Positions 18,900 to 27,731 of a stretch of 64,000 bases of DNA are shown here, piece by piece. The stretch's first letter is position 1; each line of letters begins with the position of its first letter. Source of the DNA: a virus; IMG/VR virus record IMGVR_UViG_3300029651_000001, positions 1 to 64,000 of that record; one strand, written 5' to 3'. The notes under the pieces are model-generated. The model made no database searches. It worked only from the letters and a program-made list of their open reading frames with translations, and had not been told where the DNA came from. Made by a program: the position numbers and the translations under genes.

Positions 18900-18924
18900 G
18901 GCCGGCTGTGTGCTGCAGCCGGCC
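18900..18924 (-). terminator. Intergenic stem-loop, conserved CAGCACA-loop class (second of a tandem pair)
   Basis: + strand reads GGCCGGCTG TGTGCTG CAGCCGGCC (9-bp stem). Confidence 0.65.
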
Positions 18925-18938
18925 ATCACAGAGTAGCG

Positions 18939-19238
18939 CTAGGTGTCTCTCTTCTGCAAGAGTGCCTTGACCTCTTCTCGAACAGAGGCCAGCGTTTGAT
19001 AAATGTCCTCCTGTACCGGAGTCCAAAGGCTTTCCGGGACTTCGATCACGTATTGTCCAGCGTTGTAACCAGCGACGATGTAGTCGAAAAGTTTATCCGC
19101 CAACGGGGTGTCGTGAAGATGAATCCAGGCGACGATGACGCCTCGGAACGCTTCGTCCAAAGTGAGTAAGGTGGACGACTCCTCGCGGGGAGGAGCAGTT
19201 TGTTTCTTGCGGGATGCGAAGTCTATAAGGTCTGCCAT
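18939..19238 (-). CDS. Hypothetical protein (99 aa)
   Basis: ATG 19238 (MADLIDF) has a GGAGGTG RBS and lies 1 nt after the upstream stop. Confidence 0.6.
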   Translation of the reverse strand: MADLIDFASRKKQTAPPREESSTLLTLDEAFRGVIVAWIHLHDTPLADKLFDYIVAGYNAGQYVIEVPESLWTPVQEDIYQTLASVREEVKALLQKRDT

Positions 19239-19239
19239 T

Positions 19240-19938
19240 TCACCTCCAAGGTCGTGTAAACGCCATCTCAAACCGCTTCCGCTTACTCGCCGGCCCATGC
19301 ACGTCGATCACGACGTCATAGTCCCGGCCATTGCAGCGCAAGCACCGAATACATTGGACGCCCAGCTTTTCAAACGGGCAAACAATCTCGCCCCGCTGCC
19401 GCGGACTGCCCTCTAATTTTGTCCGGTAAGTCCGCCACCCGAGACGCCTAGCCTCTGCCGCTTGATCCAGCGTCTCAACTGATGCCTGGCAAAACGCCTT
19501 CAACCGCTGATCCGTCGCCGGATGGTTCCACTGGTGAGTATAACCTAACCACCCCAAGGATTTGGACAAGAGCTGCTCCCAGATTTCAAACGGTGCCGCC
19601 GCTGGATCTCCGTAGGCTCCAAGCCGTACCGCCCGTCCGGCACCGATCAGGGTCAGTTTTTCCTCTTTGTAATTGCCAGCTCGGTATTCCCGGTAGATTC
19701 GGAGCGGGTCCTGCTCCACCCGGACGTAGCACGATCCCTTGCGATGCATACAGTCGCCGCAGATCGAGTAGTCCTCGCCGGATTTGACGGCATCCCTGGG
19801 ATCGATGTCCTCGCGCAGGATATACACTTGTGCGGTTGGACCGGTCTTCCGATTGTTCGAGGGTCGATCGATCCCGGTCGCAAGGCAAACGATCTCCTTA
19901 CCATCCAGGGCCGACGGCCCCCGGTAGAGTAAATGCAT
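19240..19938 (-). CDS. Conserved hypothetical protein (232 aa, Cys-rich)
   Basis: ATG 19938 follows the leader motif at 19944. Notable strings are ICGDCMHRKGSCYV, GAYGDPAAAP, GYTHQW and CIRCLRCNG. Confidence 0.6.
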   Translation of the reverse strand: MHLLYRGPSALDGKEIVCLATGIDRPSNNRKTGPTAQVYILREDIDPRDAVKSGEDYSICGDCMHRKGSCYVRVEQDPLRIYREYRAGNYKEEKLTLIGAGRAVRLGAYGDPAAAPFEIWEQLLSKSLGWLGYTHQWNHPATDQRLKAFCQASVETLDQAAEARRLGWRTYRTKLEGSPRQRGEIVCPFEKLGVQCIRCLRCNGRDYDVVIDVHGPASKRKRFEMAFTRPWR

Positions 19939-19962
19939 GGTAGTCTCCAAAGGGTAAAAACA

Positions 19963-19993
19963 AAAAGCCCAAGGTGTGCTGCCTTGGGCTTTT
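19963..19993 (-). terminator. Rho-independent terminator, CAGCACA-loop class
   Basis: + strand reads AAAAGCCCAAGG TGTGCTG CCTTGGGCTTTT. In transcript sense the stem is followed by UUUUUG. Confidence 0.75.
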
Positions 19994-20112
19994 CGGGTGT
20001 CGGGTATTTGTCGGCTATTGCCGATTTATTCCCCTAGCTCAGGTGTCTAATACATAGTTAGATAACTCTATCTGCTTCGTGTACATCACACCTTCTCAGT
20101 TTGATTAGTCTG

Positions 20113-20334
20113 CTACTCCACCGGCCGCAAGTGCCTAGTTGCGGACACAATGCACTGAGGGTCGTACCCTGACTCTGACTCTATCGCACACTTCGTTGCG
20201 ATCGGGTCGGCGCCTCCCTCGATTGCCTTGGCGATGAGCCGGTGCCGGTTCATCGTGCATGCGGCCGGAGATAAAAGAACTGCCGCAAGAAGGAGCAGAC
20301 CAACAATCCACAAGGTCATTTCTTTATAACTCAT
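20113..20334 (-). CDS. Small secreted protein or lipoprotein-like protein (73 aa)
   Basis: Signal-like N-terminus LWIVGLLLLAAVLLSPAAC, followed by a Cys. Confidence 0.55.
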   Translation of the reverse strand: MSYKEMTLWIVGLLLLAAVLLSPAACTMNRHRLIAKAIEGGADPIATKCAIESESGYDPQCIVSATRHLRPVE

Positions 20335-20335
20335 G

Positions 20336-21196
20336 TCAATTCCTCCATCCCAAGAATACCGGATGCCTGGGAGCCTCTTTCACACCAACTTGAAAGGACT
20401 TGTACTTAACCGTCTTGTGCAAGAGATGCTCACGCTCCTGCCAGATCTGCTCGCGATCGGCTTGGGTGAATCCGGTACCAATGTTGAACTGGATGCCGTG
20501 GGGATCCCGACAGACAAGAGCGCCCAGGATGCCCATGCCATGCTTGTTCTCCTTGTGGGAGCTGCGCTCCGTGAGGCCGAGCTCGTTGATTTTGGCTTCG
20601 TTGCCGTTGTGCATGAGCTCCTGGAAGCCGATGACGACGGCGTCGGAATCGGTGAAGCGCTTGACCTTGAGCAGGATCTGCTCCTTGGCTGTGGAGCGGC
20701 CGAACTTGTAGGTGGCGTTGGGGTCTCGAAGCATCGCTCCTTCGTACCCCTGGGCAAGGTAGCACTCCTCCCAGCTTTCCATGTCGGAAAGGAAATCAAC
20801 CTGCACTTGGTCCACCCAGAGCATCTGATCGCCAGCGACCTTACCCAGACCCGTATCCAGGCGATGCATGAAAGGTTTGTCCGGCTCGGTGATGTCGTCG
20901 AAGACGTGGAAGAAAATATCCCCCGTCTTATCGACTGAGTTCACCACCGAACTGGTGGTCCGGAACACATCCGCGCCGGTCGGGTCACCGACGATCAGCT
21001 CTCCATCCAAGCCATTAAACTCCCGTCGTCCGAACAACTCCTGGACTTGTTGGTTGCGGATGGGTTTGAGGGAGCGGCCGTAGACGACGCCGTCGATGAC
21101 GACGGCTCTGACGCCGTCGAGCTTCGGGCTTATGAGTTTCGGAAAGACAAGCGAATCGAAATCTGCTGGGCTGGCCAGCATTGGTTTGAAAGACAT
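20336..21196 (-). CDS. ATP-dependent DNA ligase
   Basis: Adenylation motif KxDG (SPKLDGVRAV). Size and layout resemble T7-type ligases. Leader motif at 21201. Confidence 0.85.
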   Translation of the reverse strand: MSFKPMLASPADFDSLVFPKLISPKLDGVRAVVIDGVVYGRSLKPIRNQQVQELFGRREFNGLDGELIVGDPTGADVFRTTSSVVNSVDKTGDIFFHVFDDITEPDKPFMHRLDTGLGKVAGDQMLWVDQVQVDFLSDMESWEECYLAQGYEGAMLRDPNATYKFGRSTAKEQILLKVKRFTDSDAVVIGFQELMHNGNEAKINELGLTERSSHKENKHGMGILGALVCRDPHGIQFNIGTGFTQADREQIWQEREHLLHKTVKYKSFQVGVKEAPRHPVFLGWRN

Positions 21197-21214
21197 GAAA
21201 CCTCCAAAGGGTTA

Positions 21215-21232
21215 AGCAAGGTGCTGCTCGCT
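21215..21232 (-). terminator. Imperfect stem-loop with a GTGCTG loop (CAGCAC class, degenerate)
   Basis: + strand reads AGCAAG GTGCTG CTCGCT, with one mismatch in the stem. Confidence 0.3.
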
Positions 21233-21233
21233 G

Positions 21234-21800
21234 TTACCGGTAGGCTCGGGTCGTGCTGCTAATCAGGCTGTACGCTGTAGCGACGCCTGCTTTATCCGCC
21301 GCGAAGTTCGCCGTGTTGCACGCCTTGATGTTGAGCATTGCCCCTGTCTGGAACGCATCCTGATTCGCCGCCAGGAAGATGAACTCCCAGGAGTATTTCT
21401 CTTCCTGGTGTTTGATCATTTCGGCGACCCGTTCCCGGGTGTACTCCTTGCTGGAGTTCTCGGCGCCGTCCGTCAGGATGGCGACGATCACTTTGCTCGG
21501 CTTTACGTCCGACCTAGCAAGCCGAGTTCCTATGGCATCGATCGTCCGGCCGATGGCGTCATAGAGTGCTGTGCTGCCTCGAGGCACGTAGGCATCGGCA
21601 GTTAGCTCCGGAACACCTTGCAGGTTAACGGCGTCATGAACCACTTGATACTCGTGGTCGAACAGAACAAGTGTCAGCTTGGCGTCTCCCGGAACTTCTT
21701 TCTGCTCTTTGAGGAAGGTGTTGAATCCGCCGATAGCATCGTCACGGATACTGGACATGGAACCGGAACGGTCAATGATACTAACTAGTTCTACGTACAT
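21234..21800 (-). CDS. von Willebrand factor A (vWA) domain protein
   Basis: MIDAS-like DRSGSM near the N-terminus and a later TDGAENSS. ATG 21800 with an AGGAGA RBS. Confidence 0.7.
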   Translation of the reverse strand: MYVELVSIIDRSGSMSSIRDDAIGGFNTFLKEQKEVPGDAKLTLVLFDHEYQVVHDAVNLQGVPELTADAYVPRGSTALYDAIGRTIDAIGTRLARSDVKPSKVIVAILTDGAENSSKEYTRERVAEMIKHQEEKYSWEFIFLAANQDAFQTGAMLNIKACNTANFAADKAGVATAYSLISSTTRAYR

Positions 21801-21808
21801 GATTTCTC

Positions 21809-22021
21809 CTAAACAACAGGTAACGCATAGCCGGCCAACTGCTCCAGCCAATCGAGCTGGGCGTCCGACACAAAGGCATCCAGACCGTAGCGGGCGAATG
21901 CTGCTTGCATCTGGCTGGTGAACTCAATGGCCTGGTCCGTGATGGCATTGGCCGCGGCGTCATCGATAAACCGTTTCACACGGGCCTCGGCCTCGTGCGT
22001 GCAAAGGTCTCTGAATCTCAT
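21809..22021 (-). CDS. Hypothetical protein (70 aa)
   Basis: ATG 22021 overlaps the upstream stop (ATGA), with GGAGG 5 nt upstream. The track start at 22033 is a TTG. Confidence 0.55.
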   Translation of the reverse strand: MRFRDLCTHEAEARVKRFIDDAAANAITDQAIEFTSQMQAAFARYGLDAFVSDAQLDWLEQLAGYALPVV

Positions 22022-22230
22022 CCAAGCCTCCAACCATGCCTACCCCACTTTGTCACGATGCCTGTAGAAACCAGGCCTATCGGGCCAAAGAGAATGGCTA
22101 CCAGAGCTAGAAATCGGTCCATAATTAACGTCTCCTCAGCTATCGTCGGCCACTCATCTTGGAAATACGCAAATAGCCACCCAGCTGAAACTAGCCCTAA
22201 CCCAACCCAAATAGTCAAAATCAGCAACAT
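22018..22230 (-). CDS. Small membrane protein (70 aa, two hydrophobic segments)
   Basis: ATG 22230 follows a leader-motif variant at 22236. Hydrophobic segments LLILTIWVGLGLVSAGWLFAY and FLALVAILFGPIGLV. Confidence 0.6.
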   Translation of the reverse strand: MLLILTIWVGLGLVSAGWLFAYFQDEWPTIAEETLIMDRFLALVAILFGPIGLVSTGIVTKWGRHGWRLG

Positions 22231-22246
22231 ATAAGTCTCCAAAAAC

Positions 22247-22273
22247 AAAGGCGCAAGGAGTGCTTGCGCCTTT
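22247..22273 (-). terminator. Rho-independent terminator (loop variant CACUC)
   Basis: + strand reads AAAGGCGCAAG GAGTG CTTGCGCCTTT. In transcript sense it is followed by GUUUUUGGAGA. Confidence 0.7.
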
Positions 22274-22291
22274 CCGGTTACGCCTTTCCGG

Positions 22292-22558
22292 TTACGTGTT
22301 TCGTCTCGTTATAGCTTGCTTCAGTGCAGTTTCCGAGTCGATGACCAGCAGGATGGCTTGATCCAGAGTGTACCCACGTTTCACGTACTCTTGGACCATC
22401 TGGTCCTTGACATCAACTAATCCTAGGCCGATGCTCTTAACCAGCCCTTTTATCAAGGGGCCGTAGCTCTCCAACTGTTCCACGACCGTCTGCGCCACCG
22501 GGCGGAGTTCTTCCGCCATTTGCATTACTTCCAGGATGTCTTTGGTGTTTATGCTCAC
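22292..22558 (-). CDS. Hypothetical protein (88 aa)
   Basis: GTG 22558 with GGGAGAG 5 nt upstream. It lies 2 nt after the stop of the HU-like gene. Confidence 0.55.
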   Translation of the reverse strand: MSINTKDILEVMQMAEELRPVAQTVVEQLESYGPLIKGLVKSIGLGLVDVKDQMVQEYVKRGYTLDQAILLVIDSETALKQAITRRNT

Positions 22559-22560
22559 TG

Positions 22561-22842
22561 TTACTCTCCCGCCCAGCTCGATAGGTTGGCCGTCGGCTTG
22601 ATGACGACGACCTTACGGGCCGGGACGTCGATCTGGGCGCCGGTCTGCGGGTTGCGAGCTTTCCGGGCCGGCCGCTCCTTTACACGTAAGGTGAAGAGGT
22701 TGCGCAGGTAGATGCTGTCGCCGGCATCAACCGCCTGCTCGATGGTTCTCTCCAGGGCATCCACGACGTCGTGGACAGCCGACCTGGTTAGCCCTGTGTA
22801 GGTGTTCTGGTGGACTTTTTCGATCAGTTCTTTCTTGTTCAT
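22561..22842 (-). CDS. HU/IHF-family DNA-binding protein
   Basis: MNKKELIEKV...TGLTRSAV..VDAL...I and the beta-arm RNPQTGAQIDVPARKVVVIKP are typical of the HU fold. Confidence 0.85.
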   Translation of the reverse strand: MNKKELIEKVHQNTYTGLTRSAVHDVVDALERTIEQAVDAGDSIYLRNLFTLRVKERPARKARNPQTGAQIDVPARKVVVIKPTANLSSWAGE

Positions 22843-22871
22843 ATAAGCTCCAAAGGGTTAAGGTCCTCCCA

Positions 22872-22898
22872 CAAAGAAGGCCCCCGACAACAGGGGCC
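22872..22898 (-). terminator. Rho-independent terminator
   Basis: + strand has the stem GGCCCCCG ACAA CAGGGGCC preceded by an A-rich run, which is a U-rich tail in transcript sense. Confidence 0.55.
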
Positions 22899-22966
22899 AA
22901 GAGGAGGAGAACTATGCGCGGAAAACAGTCTAAATGTAGGGTGTTATAATTTGCTAGCTGGCTACC

Positions 22967-23185
22967 TCACAGGTTTACTACTTGTTTGTTAGATACTCCA
23001 CAAAGTAATTGAATTGAGTCGTCCGTAAGGGATTCCATCCAGGTTCGCCCGGATTTAAGTGCTTGCCCCCGTGCCGAGAAAGACCATTTTGACTCAGCCA
23101 ATCGAAGCTCCTGACCCTCAACCGCGGCGAGTACGACGAACCGGTATCGGTTACGTTCAGTGTTGCGTTCGGCGATCAACCTCAT
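22967..23185 (-). CDS. Hypothetical protein (72 aa)
   Basis: ATG 23185 (MRLIAER) with a GGAGGAG RBS. It overlaps the stop of the upstream small ORF (ATGA). Confidence 0.55.
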   Translation of the reverse strand: MRLIAERNTERNRYRFVVLAAVEGQELRLAESKWSFSARGQALKSGRTWMESLTDDSIQLLCGVSNKQVVNL

Positions 23186-23346
23186 GGCAGTCTCCTCCAA
23201 AACACGGTCACGAATATACCGACCACCCCGACAGATTGAAGAAAAAGGACCTTCATGATTTGAATCAGATCCATGCCGCTGCGTTCCAGTAGCGTGCTGC
23301 TCACAAACAAGCAGACCACCCCAAGGATGAACAGGATTAACCTCAT
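23182..23346 (-). CDS. Small membrane protein (54 aa, below the ORF-track cutoff)
   Basis: Hand translation gives MRLILFILGVVCLFVSSTLLERSGMDLIQIMKVLFLQSVGVVGIFVTVFWRRLP. Coupled at both ends (TAATG upstream, ATGA downstream). Confidence 0.55.
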   Translation of the reverse strand: MRLILFILGVVCLFVSSTLLERSGMDLIQIMKVLFLQSVGVVGIFVTVFWRRLP

Positions 23347-24122
23347 TACAGCGACTCCTTCATCTTCTCGGCCAGAACGAACAATGCTTTGTTCAGCCGG
23401 CGATCCTCATCGATCGATGTGATCGGACGAGAGCGAGTGCGCCGGCCCTTCTCGGAAAAGGTACGGACACCTCCCTTGATCAGATTCTCCTGGACCCGGT
23501 TCATTGTGGTCCACAAGTCGTTGCCGTAATCATCCCGGCGGCGGGGCCGTAGGAGCCCCTCGATCGTGGCGGGGTTCGGCTTGTTGTCTGCGTCCTTCAA
23601 CACCCAGGCGGCCTCCGCAAAGGCTCGCTGTTGCTGGGGTCGTAGCTCAATAGCCCGCATCTCTTGGGAGAGTTCCGCGACTTTCGGGAGGTCCTCGACC
23701 ACGGTGAACACGCCCTCGATCACGTCATCCATGGTATGGCCAGTGTGTCGCACCCGGTGTGAGGCAACCATCGAATCCGGAACACACATCTGGTTCGAGC
23801 AGATGCACCGGAACAGGCCGCCCTCGAAGATCCAGGCGGAAGCGCCGTCGTGGGAATTGATGAGGGAAATCTCGCCGATAATGTCGCCCTCCTCGAGCCG
23901 GTGATCGTGGCTACGCAGGGTGACGCGGTGCTTCATGTACCCGCGGCGATTTGCGTCTCGGGCTTTCGTTTGATACGCCCGGACCGGGTAGAACCCTTGC
24001 TTCTCCAATGCCTGCAGCACTTGCAAGGTGGAGAACTGAACGTATTTCTCGGAAAGGTTCGGGGCGTGGGTCGTGGTGGCGACGGACGGGGCTTTGCTTA
24101 CGACTTGGTCTAAGGTCAACAT
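23346..24122 (-). CDS. DUF932/DUF945-family phage-plasmid protein
   Basis: Family-typical strings LINSHDGASAW and HRVRHTGH. ATG 24122 follows the leader motif at 24131. Confidence 0.65.
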   Translation of the reverse strand: MLTLDQVVSKAPSVATTTHAPNLSEKYVQFSTLQVLQALEKQGFYPVRAYQTKARDANRRGYMKHRVTLRSHDHRLEEGDIIGEISLINSHDGASAWIFEGGLFRCICSNQMCVPDSMVASHRVRHTGHTMDDVIEGVFTVVEDLPKVAELSQEMRAIELRPQQQRAFAEAAWVLKDADNKPNPATIEGLLRPRRRDDYGNDLWTTMNRVQENLIKGGVRTFSEKGRRTRSRPITSIDEDRRLNKALFVLAEKMKESL

Positions 24123-24151
24123 AGGTTTTGTCTCCAAAGGGTAAATACAAG

Positions 24152-24177
24152 GAGGGCGCCGATGCTGCGGCGCCTTC
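24152..24177 (-). terminator. Intergenic stem-loop, CAGCAU-loop variant
   Basis: + strand reads GGAGGGCGCCG ATGCTG CGGCGCCTTC (10-bp stem including one G-U pair). Confidence 0.6.
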
Positions 24178-24182
24178 GTGGG

Positions 24183-24425
24183 TTAAGATTTAAGGGCCTT
24201 CACCTCCATCAAAATCGCTTTGAAATCCTCGACGGCCAGGCGCAGGTCCATCTCAGTGCCGTGAGTGCTGCACAACCTCTCCGGATTCGCCCAACCTCTC
24301 CCTTTTGGGCAACCCTCCCTCGACGAAGACAACTCCCTTGCCTCGACTACCCGCCTAAGGCGGTTGTACTGGCTGTCCAACTCTTCCATGAGTTTCTTGT
24401 GTCTGATTTTGGTCAGTACGGGCAT
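24183..24425 (-). CDS. Hypothetical protein (80 aa)
   Basis: ATG 24425 with a GAGG RBS, 2 nt after the upstream stop. Confidence 0.55.
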   Translation of the reverse strand: MPVLTKIRHKKLMEELDSQYNRLRRVVEARELSSSREGCPKGRGWANPERLCSTHGTEMDLRLAVEDFKAILMEVKALKS

Positions 24426-24427
24426 AC

Positions 24428-24685
24428 TTACCTCGTCTCTGGTCCGCTGAAACCGATGCTAGGCTCCCGGTGCTGACGGGGCGGAGTGCGGAGTACGTGC
24501 TGTTTCTCCTCGGGCTCCGGATCCTTCGTAGCCCGGTACACGCCGTAACTGGTGAAGAACCCGCCCAAAGCCTCGATCGATTCGTCCAGGTGTCGAACTA
24601 AGAACTCCCGGCCGAAGTAGAAACCTCCGCCAGCGCCGATGAGGAAAACGAGGGTGAGCTTGGTAAACTCGGTTATGTCGATCAT
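24428..24685 (-). CDS. Single-pass membrane protein (85 aa)
   Basis: ATG 24685 follows the leader motif at 24691. TM segment LTLVFLIGAGGGFYF. Confidence 0.6.
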   Translation of the reverse strand: MIDITEFTKLTLVFLIGAGGGFYFGREFLVRHLDESIEALGGFFTSYGVYRATKDPEPEEKQHVLRTPPRQHREPSIGFSGPETR

Positions 24686-24722
24686 GCTTGTCTCCAAAGG
24701 TTGTGGTGATTAGCTCAGCAAA

Positions 24723-24989
24723 TTAAGTACCCGTCCTTAACAGCTCCTCGCTGCGATCGATCACCTCGACCTCGCCTGTGGTCTGTATCCAAACCTTTGC
24801 GCCGCAAGAGAGTGGGTTATCCGGCCGGTAAACGACTCGCGCCGCCTCCTTGCCGTCCTGTCCGTAGATGACCACCTCGTGGCCATAGGCGTTAGTCTTG
24901 CCTTGCTTGACGGTCACCACCGGGAAGCGGAAGCCGTTCCTTGCGTTGGCTTTGATACGATGCTGGTTGACGTGGATGATCGATTTCAT
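24723..24989 (-). CDS. Hypothetical protein (88 aa)
   Basis: ATG 24989 (MKSIIHVNQH) follows the leader motif at 24994. The 3' end contains TTAAGTACCCGTCCTTAA (24723-24740). Confidence 0.6.
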   Translation of the reverse strand: MKSIIHVNQHRIKANARNGFRFPVVTVKQGKTNAYGHEVVIYGQDGKEAARVVYRPDNPLSCGAKVWIQTTGEVEVIDRSEELLRTGT

Positions 24990-25009
24990 AAGGTCTCCAA
25001 AGGGTTGAG

Positions 25010-25501
25010 TTATCTCATGTCCTTGCGATGAGCAAAGCAAGGGTTCAGGCTTGCGTTGTTCGGATATGCTTTGGTTGACTGCCCTGTCTTTAGGCATGTC
25101 CCGTAGCACACCCATTTCCCGTTCTCCTTGCGTTGGAAAAAGCCACAGTCATTACAATCCGCGTCTATCTTCTGGCACTCGTAGGCTTCTTGGGCCTGTC
25201 CAGTCGACTTGCACTCCTTGTGACAAGGAGACTGGAAGGCCCACCAGTATGACGTCGTGGTGTCGAACGTCTTATCCGTGAGTGGTCCATTACAGAACCT
25301 GCACGTTTTGCTCGGACTGAGGTGCTTCAGCAAGAGGTAGGCCCGTAGGTACCGGTCTGGACTTGGGTCTAGTTCGGCTACCTCCAGTCTCTGGCCGGAC
25401 AGAAGCGCCAGCTTCATGTCCTTTTCGGAGATGGGCAAAGGTCCTTCGAAGCCCAGGCTGAGGTGTTTTAGAAGTTGTCTATCTCGTTTGTCATTACTCA
25501 T
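25010..25501 (-). CDS. Cys-rich hypothetical protein (163 aa)
   Basis: ATG 25501 (MSNDKRD). Multiple Cys pairs (CRFCNG, CHKEC, CNDCGF). Confidence 0.55.
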   Translation of the reverse strand: MSNDKRDRQLLKHLSLGFEGPLPISEKDMKLALLSGQRLEVAELDPSPDRYLRAYLLLKHLSPSKTCRFCNGPLTDKTFDTTTSYWWAFQSPCHKECKSTGQAQEAYECQKIDADCNDCGFFQRKENGKWVCYGTCLKTGQSTKAYPNNASLNPCFAHRKDMR

Positions 25502-25646
25502 GGTCTTTCTCAAATACGAACGCCCCGCACTCCGGGCACTCCAGATCGGAGAACTGGTCGCCGGCTTCGTGGCGCAAATGGGCATCTTTTGCGGGGTTGG
25601 GGTCGGTTCCTTCCCAGGCGCAGTTTTGGCAAGCGTAAGTAATCAT
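25494..25646 (-). CDS. Zinc-ribbon-like small protein (50 aa, below the ORF-track cutoff)
   Basis: Hand translation gives MITYACQNCAWEGTDPNPAKDAHLRHEAGDQFSDLECPECGAFVFEKDHE. ATGA coupling to the upstream gene. CxxC...CxxC pattern. Confidence 0.55.
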   Translation of the reverse strand: MITYACQNCAWEGTDPNPAKDAHLRHEAGDQFSDLECPECGAFVFEKDHE

Positions 25647-26152
25647 AAGGCATCCCTTGCCTCGAACTCAGTCCAGGACTTGAACACGCGTCCGCTCAAG
25701 TGAGTCCTCTTGAACCGGTAAACCTCTCCGTGCTGGGACAATCCGTATTGCCTTTTCCGATTGGTGACCTGAAGACCTGTAGGTTTGAGCCTGGGCTTGA
25801 GCTCGACGATGTCACCCTCCTCGAACTTAGTGTTCCGAGCGGCGTGATACCTCCTAACTCTCTCCCGCCACTCCTCGCTCGCCACCGGAACCATGTCGAG
25901 GTAGGAGAGCGGGCAGGTGTAATAGTAGGGGTGCATCGATTCACACATGTCCTTGTAACCCCATCGGCAATGTTCAGGGTGCCTCGACGCCTTACTGAGC
26001 AAGTAGCAGCCGATGAACCTGTCTTTGACTCCTTGTTCTACTGTCCACAAGGTGTTGCCGACTGTGCAGTGGGCGTAGACGGTGGCGCCGTTCCCTTCGA
26101 CGAGGTGTCTGATTAGGTCCTTACGAGTGGGTTCACAGAATAGCCAGCCCAT
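25643..26152 (-). CDS. Hypothetical protein (169 aa)
   Basis: ATG 26152 (MGWLFCEP) lies 2 nt after the upstream stop. Contains WGYKDMCESMHPYYYTCP. Confidence 0.6.
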   Translation of the reverse strand: MGWLFCEPTRKDLIRHLVEGNGATVYAHCTVGNTLWTVEQGVKDRFIGCYLLSKASRHPEHCRWGYKDMCESMHPYYYTCPLSYLDMVPVASEEWRERVRRYHAARNTKFEEGDIVELKPRLKPTGLQVTNRKRQYGLSQHGEVYRFKRTHLSGRVFKSWTEFEARDAL

Positions 26153-26154
26153 AG

Positions 26155-26457
26155 TTATGTTCTCCCCTTGGCTTCTGCCAAAGCTTCTGCCACCATGTCG
26201 GCAAAATAATCGTCCTTGTACTTGGTGTAGAACTCTTCGGATGTCTTGTAACAGCAGCACCCGAGGTAGGCAGTACCGAGTTCCTTGCCATCCATCCAAG
26301 CAGACACCTTGGCGCGGAACCAGGCTAAATCTGTAATCTTCCGGTAGTCCTTTTCAGACCAGCCGCACTCCTTGATGAAGTGGTGGCGCATGGAAGTGTC
26401 TTCAGGCTCGGCCTCGAAACAGATGATGAAGCCATCTCGCTCAAATAGTGGGATCAT
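26155..26457 (-). CDS. Hypothetical protein (100 aa)
   Basis: ATG 26457 (MIPLFERD) follows the leader motif at 26465. Confidence 0.6.
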   Translation of the reverse strand: MIPLFERDGFIICFEAEPEDTSMRHHFIKECGWSEKDYRKITDLAWFRAKVSAWMDGKELGTAYLGCCCYKTSEEFYTKYKDDYFADMVAEALAEAKGRT

Positions 26458-26482
26458 AGGTTTTCTCCAAAGGGTAAATACA

Positions 26483-26503
26483 GGCTCCGTATGCTGCGGA
26501 GCC
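26483..26503 (-). terminator. Intergenic stem-loop, CAGCAUA-loop variant
   Basis: + strand reads GGCTCCG TATGCTG CGGAGCC. Confidence 0.6.
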
Positions 26504-26582
26504 AAGAGTTACTTCCGCCGCCGCAGCCAACGGCGCAGGACTCGGAACAAGGAGAGGTAAAAGTTAAGAATCCAACTGTGCA

Positions 26583-26912
26583 TCAGTCCTCTTCGAAGGC
26601 GGTGTGCCCAATAACCAACGCCGCGGTCGTCCTCAACCCTCGCTCAAGCTCCTCGATCCGATCCAGCAACTTAAGCACGGTGGCAGGGTTGAAGGTGGCG
26701 ATGTGTTTAGCGTTCACTTCCGCCGGCTCAATGTGTACGTGAATAGCCTCCGCGTGCCACGTCTTTCTACCGTGATACAGATACTCCACATCGATCGTCT
26801 GGGTAGGTAGGTCTGCTTCCTCCCCTGCAGGCAGGAGTTCTCCGAGTTTCCATTCACCTTGGTTCGCCGCCTCGGCGATGCGCCGAAGCCTCGCTAAATT
26901 CAATTCAGTCAT
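26583..26912 (-). CDS. Ead/Ea22-like family member (GEW...NPATVLKLLDRIEELE)
   Basis: Contains ANQGEWKLGE and AKHIATFNPATVLKLLDRIEELE. Shares its architecture with paralogs at 28.9-34.5 kb. Confidence 0.55.
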   Translation of the reverse strand: MTELNLARLRRIAEAANQGEWKLGELLPAGEEADLPTQTIDVEYLYHGRKTWHAEAIHVHIEPAEVNAKHIATFNPATVLKLLDRIEELERGLRTTAALVIGHTAFEED

Positions 26913-26956
26913 TCTTTTGCCTCATGTTCTTCGATGGACTCAATCTCGTGCTTTGC

Positions 26957-27121
26957 CTACATTGCCGCACCGTCTGCACTGCGCCTAGACGTTAGATCAA
27001 CACGAACCTGGTCTCCTTTCTCGATCCGCCACCCGTATGGGAACGGCTCCATCGCCTCCAAGTAAGTGATCTTTACCAACCAGCCCTTATGGCTGAACTC
27101 CTGTGCAACCATATACGTCAT
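26957..27121 (-). CDS. Hypothetical protein (54 aa)
   Basis: ATG 27121 (MTYMVAQEF) lies 17 nt after the upstream stop. The track's N-terminal extension is Arg/Pro-rich off-frame-like sequence. Confidence 0.45.
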   Translation of the reverse strand: MTYMVAQEFSHKGWLVKITYLEAMEPFPYGWRIEKGDQVRVDLTSRRSADGAAM

Positions 27122-27138
27122 CCCATTATCCAATTCGC

Positions 27139-27447
27139 TCACGGCTTGTCTCCCCATTCCAAGCAGTCGTCGATGTTCGCCCGCAAGTCGTAGCCGTTCT
27201 CCCGCTCGAAGTTCCTGGCGAGCCAAACGTCGCCCAGGCGGGAGGCGCCGGTCACCCGGTAACGCTCGCCCTGGTAGGTGCAGAAGAGCTTGAACTGCTT
27301 CATCCAAGGTCTGAAGTACGACTGGAACACCGCGTTCAGCCGCATGTGAAACAGAACGAAACGGGCGTAGTTCTCCTCGTGGGAGTAGTTGTCGATCCAG
27401 TCGTCGACGTGGGTCGGACTAGTAGATAAGGCGGATTCCGTTGTCAT
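27139..27447 (-). CDS. Hypothetical protein (102 aa)
   Basis: ATG 27447. Overlaps the upstream gene by 29 nt. Confidence 0.55.
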   Translation of the reverse strand: MTTESALSTSPTHVDDWIDNYSHEENYARFVLFHMRLNAVFQSYFRPWMKQFKLFCTYQGERYRVTGASRLGDVWLARNFERENGYDLRANIDDCLEWGDKP

Positions 27448-27727
27448 CTTCTTCCTCGCTGGTAACTAAATCAGGTTCAAACACATCAACAACTTCGAAA
27501 CTTTCCGGGCTGATCTCCACATGAGTGATCGGCCATCCTTTAGCCTCGGCATAGGCGTTGATCTCGATCTCGGTGGGAGCAAGGTCCTCTATGACCTGCT
27601 CCGGATCGAACTGCCTTTCCTTCACTAGATTGTTGGCGATCTTCTCGGCTTGTTCCAAACTGTCCGCCTCAACCTCTATCTCGATGCCGACGGCAGCGCT
27701 GGCTTCGAAATGGACTCGGTACTTCAT
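27419..27727 (-). CDS. Highly acidic small protein (102 aa)
   Basis: Asp/Glu-rich throughout (EIEVEADSLEQAE, SEEEDDNG). Confidence 0.55.
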   Translation of the reverse strand: MKYRVHFEASAAVGIEIEVEADSLEQAEKIANNLVKERQFDPEQVIEDLAPTEIEINAYAEAKGWPITHVEISPESFEVVDVFEPDLVTSEEEDDNGIRLIY

Positions 27728-27731
27728 ACCT